This document shows, in pieces, positions 24,188 through 31,158 of a stretch of 32,000 nucleotides of DNA. Where the stretch lies: contig NZ_ALVZ01000225.1 of assembly GCF_000332055.1 (NCBI RefSeq), positions 15,173 to 47,172 on the forward strand. Reading direction: 5' to 3'. The notes below the pieces were generated by a model. It was given only the letters and a program-made list of their open reading frames with translations. It was not told where the DNA came from and did no database searches. Made by a program: the position numbers and the translations under genes. Within the stretch, counting starts at the first letter, position 1. Every line of letters starts with the position of its first letter. This DNA comes from Xenococcus sp. PCC 7305 (GTDB taxonomy: Bacteria; Cyanobacteriota; Cyanobacteriia; Cyanobacteriales; Xenococcaceae).

Positions 24188-24394
24188 GTAATCGCTAAGT
24201 TCGACTATAACGACGGAATCAACAAATTCACTCTTCTTGCCGATTGTTTCATCGCAGGACATTACTATCGCGACCCCTGGAGCTCCGATTGGATTGGCAA
24301 ATCTTATTGCAATGGCAATAGCGAAGAAGTTCTTTTCTCCACTAGAGATTTAGCCGTGGCTTACCTTAAACGCCAATATCTCGCATCCTGTTAA
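24188..24394 (+). pseudogene. C-terminal half of the split gene (paralogue of 31780-31983)
   Basis: VIAKFDYNDGINKFTLLADCFIAGHYYRDPWSSDWIGKSYCNGNSEEVLFSTRDLAVAYLKRQYLASC* is nearly identical in length and sequence to the minus-strand ORF at 31780-31983. It has no start codon, and a TAG inside the IS end immediately precedes it. Confidence 0.75.
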
Positions 24395-24450
24395 TTATTT
24401 AGCTCGCCATTTAATTGGCGGGCATTTTTATTATTTATTTGGAGGCAATC

Positions 24451-25143
24451 ATGCCAAACATAGAAATTTTCAATTTTGAAGAGCAGCCAGTTCGTTTTGT
24501 TGGTACAGCAGAAAAGCCTTTGTGGGTAGGAAAAGATATTTGCGATATTTTGAGCCTTTCGAAGTATAGGGATGCCTTGGCAAGATTGGACTCAGATGAA
24601 AGGGAGCTGGTATTACTGGACACCCCTGGAGGTAAACAGTCAGTAACGTGCATTAACGAATCGGGAATGTATTCTCTGATCTTTGACTCGCGAAAACCCC
24701 AAGCAAAAAGATTAAAAAAATGGGTGACTTCTGAAGTCTTGCCTAGTATTCGCAAAACTGGGAGTTACGCGATCGCACAAAGCTCCGCTTCGCAGTCAGC
24801 AAAAAACGAATCCACTCTTTCAATTCAAGATCAAATCCTAATTGCTAATTTTGGAGCTGAATCAGCGATCAACGCAGGAGTCTCGAAGCCGATCGCAGAA
24901 TCAATTAAGTTAGATTCACTAGGAAACGTTTTACCTGAAGCCAAGCCATTATTGCTTCCTCAAAAAAATGCGATCGCATCTGCTAATCCCATTGAAGAGC
25001 AGCCTGTCTCTCCGACAATTATTGGGCAAAGAGTTGCCGCCAAAATGGGGCTGGACAAGGTTTCTGCGATCGCGGTCAACAAAAAACTGCTATCTCTTGG
25101 CTATCAACTATCAGTCACTAGATTGACATGCTCTCCGACCTGA
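24451..25143 (+). CDS. BRO-N domain phage antirepressor-like protein, 3' end altered by IS insertion
   Basis: GGAGG lies 7 nt upstream of the ATG at 24451. FEEQPVRFVGTAEKPLWVGKDICDILSL...INESGMYSLIFDSRKPQAKRLKKWVTSEVLPSIRKTGSY is the Bro-N signature. The last 6 codons and the stop are IS end sequence. Confidence 0.8.
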   Translation: MPNIEIFNFEEQPVRFVGTAEKPLWVGKDICDILSLSKYRDALARLDSDERELVLLDTPGGKQSVTCINESGMYSLIFDSRKPQAKRLKKWVTSEVLPSIRKTGSYAIAQSSASQSAKNESTLSIQDQILIANFGAESAINAGVSKPIAESIKLDSLGNVLPEAKPLLLPQKNAIASANPIEEQPVSPTIIGQRVAAKMGLDKVSAIAVNKKLLSLGYQLSVTRLTCSPT

Positions 25144-26517
25144 AGGTACGGAGATTCTAGCACCTCACGACGCTAGCTTTCTGCTTCGACCTGTGCCAAC
25201 TAGAGCATCGTGACCGATACTCCCCGTCGCTTCCAGTCCACAGACATTTTCAACCACGCTATGCCCTAGCGCAGAGACTCCTCTATTTCTTATTTCTTGG
25301 CTAGCTGCTACGTCCCTTGTAGTTCTATATCCACACTCACCGCAATGATGAAAGCGAATATCTAAAGTTTTCTTGCCTGTATGTGCGCCACAGTTAGGGC
25401 AAGTTTGGCTTGTCCCATCTTTATTGACCACAGCAAAATACACATCACGACGGAAACATACCCACTCAAGAATACTTACAAACTGGCCAAATCCAGCATC
25501 GGCACTATGTTTTGAAAGCATTCCTCTTTGCCAAGAAACGAAATTGATGTCTTCTACGAATATCATTCCTGTTCCATCACAAAGATGATGAGCTAATTTA
25601 AAGTGCCAATCTTTTCTGGTGTCAGATATTCGTTGATGCAGTCTAGCTATTTTTTGATTAAGCTTGTGTCGATTATTTGAGCCCTTGTGCTTATTCTTTA
25701 ACCTGCGTTGTAGCAATTTAAGCTTACGATGCATGAGCTTTAAGAATCGAGGTCGTTTAATTTCTTCTCCATCACTGGTGGCAACAAATTTGTCGTATCC
25801 TAAATCCAATCCCCTAGGATGACCATGCGGCAATGGATTTGGGGTATCGACCTTTAGCTGTAATGACAACATCACGAAATAACCAGACGCTTTTCTAACG
25901 ACCCTTGCTTGCTTGACTTCAAAACCTTCAGGAATATCTCTTGATTTGCGCCATCTAATCCACCCAAATTTTGGCAGCTTAATAGCATCATCTTTGATTG
26001 GATTTTTCCCTAGTTGAGGAAAAACAAATGAGCGCATTCGATACCTATTTTTGAACCGAGGGAATCCAAACCCTCTAGATCTCATATCGTCCCAAGCTCT
26101 ATCTAATATTCTTAAAGTTTGCTGTAACACTTGAGAATGAACAGAACTTAATGCAGGATAGAGCTTTTTTGCATCTGTTAGCTGTTTGGCTTGTTGGTGA
26201 TAGCTAGGGAATGGTTCATCAACAGAGATTATATATTCTGAATTAATCGAGCAGGCATTTACAAGAGACTTACGAGAGTTACACCAGTCTTTGCGCTGTC
26301 TGAGCGCAAAATTCCAAACAGAACGACAAATATCGAGTGTTTTTTCGATGTCAGTAATTTGCTCTTTTGTTGGCTGTAGCTTGTATTCGTAAGTCATTGT
26401 TAGCATTTAGCTATTATAGCTTACATGGGGAGCGGCAGCATGTAAAGTTTTGAGCAAGTCAATATACAGGAAGGCTTACGCCCTAAAGGGCGAGGTTTTA
26501 GACCCATGATCCCAAGG
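25123..26517 (-). mobile_element. tnpB-only IS200/IS605-type element, with ends like 22945-24187 but a different TnpB
   Basis: RE is TTGACATGCTCTCCGACCTGAAGGTACGGAGATTC at 25123 onward. LE is TTACGCCCTAAAGGGCGAGGTTTTAGACCCATGATCCCAAGG, ending at 26516 or 26517. Confidence 0.7.
25165..26406 (-). CDS. tnpB: TnpB RNA-guided nuclease (413 aa), distinct subfamily
   Basis: TYEYKLQPTKEQITDIEKTL. RuvC-I RGLDLGYDKFVATSDG, RuvC-II MIFVEDINFVSW, zinc ribbon CPNC...CGEC and RuvC-III TRDVAASQEI are present. Confidence 0.85.
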   Translation of the reverse strand: MLTMTYEYKLQPTKEQITDIEKTLDICRSVWNFALRQRKDWCNSRKSLVNACSINSEYIISVDEPFPSYHQQAKQLTDAKKLYPALSSVHSQVLQQTLRILDRAWDDMRSRGFGFPRFKNRYRMRSFVFPQLGKNPIKDDAIKLPKFGWIRWRKSRDIPEGFEVKQARVVRKASGYFVMLSLQLKVDTPNPLPHGHPRGLDLGYDKFVATSDGEEIKRPRFLKLMHRKLKLLQRRLKNKHKGSNNRHKLNQKIARLHQRISDTRKDWHFKLAHHLCDGTGMIFVEDINFVSWQRGMLSKHSADAGFGQFVSILEWVCFRRDVYFAVVNKDGTSQTCPNCGAHTGKKTLDIRFHHCGECGYRTTRDVAASQEIRNRGVSALGHSVVENVCGLEATGSIGHDALVGTGRSRKLAS

Positions 26518-26534
26518 ATAAAATAACTACCTCT

Positions 26535-26565
26535 TTCCCAAAGGGACATTTTGTCCCTCTGGGAA
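26535..26565. terminator. bidirectional hairpin between convergent genes (GGGACA-tttt-GTCCC core)
   Basis: TTCCCAAAGGGACA pairs with TGTCCCTCTGGGAA. It lies between the end of the antirepressor gene and IS and the dcd stop at 26579. Confidence 0.5.
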
Positions 26566-26578
26566 TTTGGCTTTTGCG

Positions 26579-27181
26579 CTAAACTCTGGGCAATGTTACT
26601 CCGTGACCTTGATTTTGGTATTTTCCACCGCGATCAGCATAGGTTGTTTCACAGGGTTCCCCTTCAAAAAACAATAATTGTACTACCCCTTCACTAGCAT
26701 AAATTTTTACATCGGCACTAGAAGCATTAGAAAATTCAAGCGTAATACTTTGACTCTTCCAAGAAGCTTCTAACGGTGTAATATTAGCGATTACTCCAAC
26801 ACGCGCATAGGTTGACTTGCCAAGACAAACAGCAGTTACATTAGAAGGCATCTTGATGCTTTCGAGTGACGCGCCTAATCCATAACTATTGGCTGGAATT
26901 ATGAAGTAAGAAGAACCATCTTTATTAGTGTGTAATTCAGCTTGTTCTAAGTTTCTAGGATTGAAATCTTTGGGATCTACTACCGTCCCAGGGATATGTC
27001 TAAAAATCCTGAAATCATGCGGAGATAAACGTATATCGTATCCGTATGAACTCAACCCCCAACTGATAGTTGGAACTTCTTTGTCTGTACCTAAAATTGC
27101 TTTTCTGATTGATTTTTTTTCAAAAGGAGAAATCATTCCTTTACTGGCCTGATCAATAATCCATTTATCGTTTTTTAGCAT
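26579..27181 (-). CDS. dcd: dCTP deaminase
   Basis: Collinear with the short bacterial Dcd form: KWI...GMI.PF, GLSSYGYDIRL, VDPK.F, IIPANS, CLGKSTYARVGVIANITPLE, TLEFSN and YADRGGKYQNQ.GVTLP. Confidence 0.85.
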   Translation of the reverse strand: MLKNDKWIIDQASKGMISPFEKKSIRKAILGTDKEVPTISWGLSSYGYDIRLSPHDFRIFRHIPGTVVDPKDFNPRNLEQAELHTNKDGSSYFIIPANSYGLGASLESIKMPSNVTAVCLGKSTYARVGVIANITPLEASWKSQSITLEFSNASSADVKIYASEGVVQLLFFEGEPCETTYADRGGKYQNQGHGVTLPRV

Positions 27182-27267
27182 TAGTTGTCTTTCTTTGCTT
27201 GAGCTTTAACGTTCATTTGCGATCTCGCAGAGATCCGCTTCGCGGCCCGCAGATATTTTGTGCATAT

Positions 27268-28173
27268 TTAGCTACCCCCTGAAGGCAAGATTTTTAACAA
27301 GTTTTTTGCCACCTTGTTAATCGTGATCGGGCTAGAATCTTCGCCAGACAAAATGTCTATGCCCATCTCAAAAACAGCCCCTTGTTCTTGGGGAATATTC
27401 AGTAAATTCGCTTTATAGGAAATTGCCAAAATCAAGCAGTAAAGGTTTTTTCGTAGGGGATCTATCTCTTCCCCTGATACTAGCCGCAGCAAAAAAGTCT
27501 TGATCAATTCGTTAGGATCGATTCCTAGCTGAGCTGCGATCGCAGCAACGGGAGCTAAACGATTTTTCTCATCAAAACTATGTTCGACACTTTTGAGTGA
27601 TGCGATCGCAGTATCGATTACTGATTCAAAATCCCCCTGTTTAACACCTAAAACAGTGGCCAACTCTTGAATCTTTGCAGCTTTGGCAGCGGATAAATCT
27701 CCATCCCTAACATGTTTAATCACCCAATCAAGAACAACGGCGGGCTTAGCTTGATCGTCAAGTCCGACTAGTCGAGCTATCTGAGTTATCTGCTGATCTG
27801 CAACATCTTGAAGTTCATCTATTTGCGGTTTTTGTTTTAGTTGCGCGATCGCAGAAACGATAACATGTTCAGGATTGTGAAAAGAGACGCCGCCAGTTCC
27901 AATGCCTAAGGCTTCGGCCAATTTGTCAATTTGGGGCTGGAGTTTGTAATCAAGCCCTGTCCCTTGCTCTTCCAGCTTTGCGATCGCGCTATGAATCGCA
28001 TGGGTCGAGCTAACCTCACCTTGCCCCAGCAATTTTTTTAGTTTGTTTATTTCAGCCTTTAGCTTGGGATATTCTTGGATAGCTTCAATATAAAGATCTG
28101 AACTACTGGTGGGCGGAGAATCTTGGGGGGCCCAAGCATCGGAATTATCAGGGAAAGTTACTTCAAATGTCAT
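27268..28173 (-). CDS. hypothetical protein (301 aa) with internal helical repeats
   Basis: Recurrent segments of the type PQIDxL...ALG(I/V) / AAQLGIDPNELI. Its start overlaps the stop of the upstream ORF. Confidence 0.45.
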   Translation of the reverse strand: MTFEVTFPDNSDAWAPQDSPPTSSSDLYIEAIQEYPKLKAEINKLKKLLGQGEVSSTHAIHSAIAKLEEQGTGLDYKLQPQIDKLAEALGIGTGGVSFHNPEHVIVSAIAQLKQKPQIDELQDVADQQITQIARLVGLDDQAKPAVVLDWVIKHVRDGDLSAAKAAKIQELATVLGVKQGDFESVIDTAIASLKSVEHSFDEKNRLAPVAAIAAQLGIDPNELIKTFLLRLVSGEEIDPLRKNLYCLILAISYKANLLNIPQEQGAVFEMGIDILSGEDSSPITINKVAKNLLKILPSGGS

Positions 28174-28510
28174 CGTTTTTGTCCTCTTTTTGTAAATAGC
28201 AAAATGCTTGTATAGGGAACCCGTTTCCTAAGTGGAAGCAAGAATAGATAGCCGTTAGTTCAATGGAGCGATCGTCAAAATATTGTCTTAAAAACTCTTG
28301 CGACCAAGCAGGGGATCCGTATGGGAATTTCTTCGAGGCTTTTGACCGAGCAAGTTTGTCTTTTTCGTAGTCCCACTGACTCAGGCGATCGCTATAAACT
28401 CCATGATCACCCTCTTTTCTTTGCCCCCAAATTAGTCTTTCTGTTGCAAATCGGCGATCGGTGCAATGCGGCGAGAAATTAGGGGTTTTTTGAGTTGACA
28501 ATGTCTTCAT
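28163..28510 (-). CDS. hypothetical protein (115 aa)
   Basis: It overlaps both neighbours (32 nt and 11 nt) in one minus-strand operon. Confidence 0.4.
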   Translation of the reverse strand: MKTLSTQKTPNFSPHCTDRRFATERLIWGQRKEGDHGVYSDRLSQWDYEKDKLARSKASKKFPYGSPAWSQEFLRQYFDDRSIELTAIYSCFHLGNGFPIQAFCYLQKEDKNDDI

Positions 28511-29453
28511 TTTTCTTACTCCATTGTTTAATTAAATCTTCTACTCCATCAGAAAGACAGCTATATTTTGTCAAAAGCTCAGCGCAGAGAATAGGGTCTA
28601 TTTTTAGGTAAACCTTATTTTCTACAGGCAACAAAAACTGATAACTGATGTCAGGGATTATTTGTTCGCCACGTTGTATAGTCGCTCCAAATTCTCCAGC
28701 TTCTGTGATGCGGACGTGAGAGCCTTTGTGTCCAACAAGCGCTGGATGCTCCGAATCTTTCTTGACCATCGCCAAGCTTCCGACGGCCGGATTTTTCCGC
28801 TTTTTGTCTCGTAGTTCAATCCTAGACGCTTTGGTTCGCGCCTCGTAGGGATGGAGATCTGGTAGCTGACTTTCAAGTTCTATTACCTCTTTTTTCGTTA
28901 AGTTTTTTGTAACCGCAGATGGTGCGATCCCTGCCTTATCCGCGATCGCATTTACGGATTCGGCGTATTTACCGTCACGCTTGATTGTTTTGGCACTTAC
29001 CCCATGCTCAGCAGCTAGTTTTTCGGCTGTGTTAGTTTTAGCTCTTGTAGGTGTTAAGGGGACATTTTGTCCCTTTACCTGTTGATCGTCCCCGCCTTTT
29101 TGTTCGTTATAAATCAAGCCTCGAAAGTAAGAAACTAGATTTGGTGGCAAGTTGCGACGACCAAGCTGGTTTTTGATCATCCATTTTTTGACTGATGAGC
29201 GATCGCTAAACTTTAGCCGGAGAACATTAAATTCGATGTCTTCCTGTTGGCAAATTTCGTAGCGGTGATGACCATCAATAATAATGTCTTGATCTTTCCA
29301 GACAATTATTTCTGGAGTGATGTCACCTGTAAGAAGGTTTTCCTTGAGCTGCGATCGCGCTTCGGGGGTCAGAGGTGGCAGTAGTCGCTGAAACTCAGGA
29401 TCGATCTTAAGTTTAGGCAAGGATGGCACGATTTTAAGTTGAGCTACCATCAT
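28479..29453 (-). CDS. ParB-like nuclease-domain protein with C-terminal HTH region
   Basis: KIDPEFQRLLPPLTPEA...IIVWKDQDIIIDGHHRYEICQQEDIEF...NQLGRRNL is the ParB/Srx N-terminal domain signature (DGHHR). Confidence 0.75.
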   Translation of the reverse strand: MMVAQLKIVPSLPKLKIDPEFQRLLPPLTPEARSQLKENLLTGDITPEIIVWKDQDIIIDGHHRYEICQQEDIEFNVLRLKFSDRSSVKKWMIKNQLGRRNLPPNLVSYFRGLIYNEQKGGDDQQVKGQNVPLTPTRAKTNTAEKLAAEHGVSAKTIKRDGKYAESVNAIADKAGIAPSAVTKNLTKKEVIELESQLPDLHPYEARTKASRIELRDKKRKNPAVGSLAMVKKDSEHPALVGHKGSHVRITEAGEFGATIQRGEQIIPDISYQFLLPVENKVYLKIDPILCAELLTKYSCLSDGVEDLIKQWSKKNEDIVNSKNP

Positions 29454-29545
29454 CTAATCTCCAGGGGACTCCCGTTAAAGCCGACAGGCTTAGCGGGAGG
29501 GGAATGGAGGTCAACAAATAACCTGAGCGTAGCGAATCCCTTTTT

Positions 29546-30820
29546 TTAGTAAACATAATTGTATCCGTCGTTTTTATGGACATGAGTTAAGTATTTTGGA
29601 TGAACATCAAACTTCTTATCAGGTAACTGAAGAACAAAACTAGGACGAAATCTAATAGCAATTCTGCCTAGATATTGACCTGTAAATTTACCTTTAAGGA
29701 TAGATGCCGATACCAAATCTCCTGTTTGAAATCCTCGAAAGAATTTAGCTTTAGAAGCATGGCTTTTGGGGAATCCAAACTTGTTAGGACGGCATCGTTG
29801 CCTTGTTCCGTGACCTGTTGCCTTAATCAACAAGGGTTGATTAGTTTTAAAGATTAGATCCTTAGAAAGTTGACCTACACAAGCAGCATCTTGCCAATGA
29901 GTCTTGGGAACTTTTAATTGTTTGCGATTAAACTTAGTCAATCCTCCACTCCCTGTCTCTACTGGGAATCCAAATTCTTTGAGCGAATTAAATAATTTCC
30001 AACGGGTAGAATTAACAGCGGCAGCATCCTTTAAAGGAGTCTTTGCTTGCTTTAAAATACGGTTAATCAAGTCAGGCTTCTCTTTTAGAAAGTCCTTGAT
30101 ATCTTGGTTCCCCTTAGATTGATTACAGTCATGACAAGCTAAAGTTAAATTGGAGACTCGATCAGAGCCACCTTTTGAGCGGGCTTTGATATGGTCAACC
30201 TCAAAAGGAACATTTTGTGCCCCACAATATTGACAGGTACGATTAAACTTATTTAGCAGGTACTCTCGAACCTCCCAACCGTAAAGAGTTCCGTGTTGAT
30301 ACTCAACTCCACTAATCTCAGGGTTCTCCTGTTTTTGTAAGTCAAATTTAACCAACTCAACAGAAATTGAATCTACAGGGCAATATCTTATTAATCTTTT
30401 AACCCAAGTTAAAGTAGTATCTACTCGATGCTGGAGGCTTGGGGGGAGCCAACCTTTGGGGCGAGTTCTGTTAAGAAATCTTGGTTGACGATAACGGGTT
30501 TTACGTCCTCGCCTTCCTTTTCTTAATTGTCGCCTTGAGGTTAATTTATCCTTGATATGTTGTCCTCTATGCTGTAATTCCGCTCCCCAAATAACCCGAT
30601 TGTTTTGCAACAACGCAATTCCAGTTTTTTGAGAACCTGGGTCAAGCTTTAATTTGACATTCTTCTGAGTTTCTTTTGCTTCCTCCTTGAGAATAATAGT
30701 GAAAGGATAACGCCGAAATACAGCAGCCTTCCCCTCTGTTAATAATCGTCTTGCCTGCCCAGGATGAACAGGGTTTAACGGGTTTTTAACTGTATCTAGA
30801 ACAAAAACATAATTTTGCAT
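29546..30820 (-). CDS. iscB: IscB RNA-guided nuclease (PLMP domain, split RuvC, HNH insert), 424 aa
   Basis: PLMP-like NPLNPVHPGQARRLLTEGKAAV, RuvC-I KLDPGSQKTGIAL and bridge helix RRQLRKGRRGRKTRYRQPRFLNRTRPKGW. RuvC-II ISVELVKFD, HNH CQYCG...EVDHIKARSKGGSDRVSNLTLACHDCNQSKGN and RuvC-III THWQDAACVG. Confidence 0.85.
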   Translation of the reverse strand: MQNYVFVLDTVKNPLNPVHPGQARRLLTEGKAAVFRRYPFTIILKEEAKETQKNVKLKLDPGSQKTGIALLQNNRVIWGAELQHRGQHIKDKLTSRRQLRKGRRGRKTRYRQPRFLNRTRPKGWLPPSLQHRVDTTLTWVKRLIRYCPVDSISVELVKFDLQKQENPEISGVEYQHGTLYGWEVREYLLNKFNRTCQYCGAQNVPFEVDHIKARSKGGSDRVSNLTLACHDCNQSKGNQDIKDFLKEKPDLINRILKQAKTPLKDAAAVNSTRWKLFNSLKEFGFPVETGSGGLTKFNRKQLKVPKTHWQDAACVGQLSKDLIFKTNQPLLIKATGHGTRQRCRPNKFGFPKSHASKAKFFRGFQTGDLVSASILKGKFTGQYLGRIAIRFRPSFVLQLPDKKFDVHPKYLTHVHKNDGYNYVY

Positions 30821-31064
30821 TTTAAGTCTCCCGTTAGGGGTAATGTTTGCCTCGCTTGGTTATCTAACTTTGTTCGGTCTAATTCACTGGATTAACCCGT
30901 TTAGTCCTGTTTAAAATTAAACGACAGAGCTTAAAGCTGGCACGTACCTTAAGGTGTCATAAGTTAAATAACGTTTACTGAAGTTTTCAGTAAGCTGGTC
31001 ACCTTGCGGACTTTTTCAAGCCCCCGTTAAATTGCGGAGCAATTAACGGTGGGTCGGTGACGGG
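30821..31064 (-). ncRNA. candidate IscB omega-RNA scaffold
   Basis: 244 nt with no ORF directly upstream of iscB on the same strand. Nested helices: 30998-31003 with 31056-61, the 31021-31053 hairpin and the 30977-30991 hairpin. OMEGA IscB systems encode their guide RNA in this position. Confidence 0.55.
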
Positions 31065-31070
31065 TTTAAA

Positions 31071-31158
31071 GTAGTAAGTAGTAAGTAGGAAGTAGTAAGT
31101 AGGAAGTAGTAAGTAGGAAGTCGTTAAAACTTTCTACTTTCTACTCTCTACTTCCTAC
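31071..31158. repeat. heptamer array B: 7 x GTAG(T/G)AA, an 11-nt spacer, then 4 inverted units (TTTCTAC-type), forming an imperfect palindrome
   Basis: Read directly. Forward units are at 31071-31119, the spacer GTCGTTAAAAC at 31120-31130 and inverted units at 31131-31158. TTTAAA precedes it at 31065-31070. Confidence 0.9.

Larger units (their letters stand above)
29465..31064 (-). mobile_element. solo IscB element (IS200/IS605 superfamily), approximate boundaries
   Basis: The end hairpins share the minus-strand 3' arm TTTAACGGG(G/A)G (31021-31053 and 29469-29499). IscB ORF and upstream non-coding RNA region lie between them. No tnpA is present. Confidence 0.55.

Noticed and set aside
26579-27181. 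The dCTP deaminase as an anti-phage nucleotide-depletion defence gene
   Set aside because: The protein is the plain 200-aa housekeeping architecture, collinear with canonical short Dcd, with no extra sensor or kinase domain. A defence role is not supported by the sequence alone.
1290-30122. Many track ORFs that lie antisense to or inside stronger genes
   Set aside because: The ORFs concerned are 1290-1583, 1298-1495, 1919-2107, 2473-2769, 3192-3521, 5375-5617, 5484-5675, 6317-6724, 7070-7270, 9016-9246, 10901-11119, 11140-11352, 11683-11877, 11925-12125, 12816-13160, 13652-13954, 13767-13961, 15091-15363, 15278-15481, 16066-16299, 17259-17447, 17826-18137, 19595-19789, 21814-22002, 23385-23618, 23873-24076, 24435-24755, 25373-25588, 26928-27152, 28658-28876, 29675-29857 and 29904-30122. 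Each overlaps a longer ORF that has recognisable motifs or operon context. Their translations are low-complexity or Cys/Arg/Phe-rich with no RBS, so they are treated as shadow ORFs.
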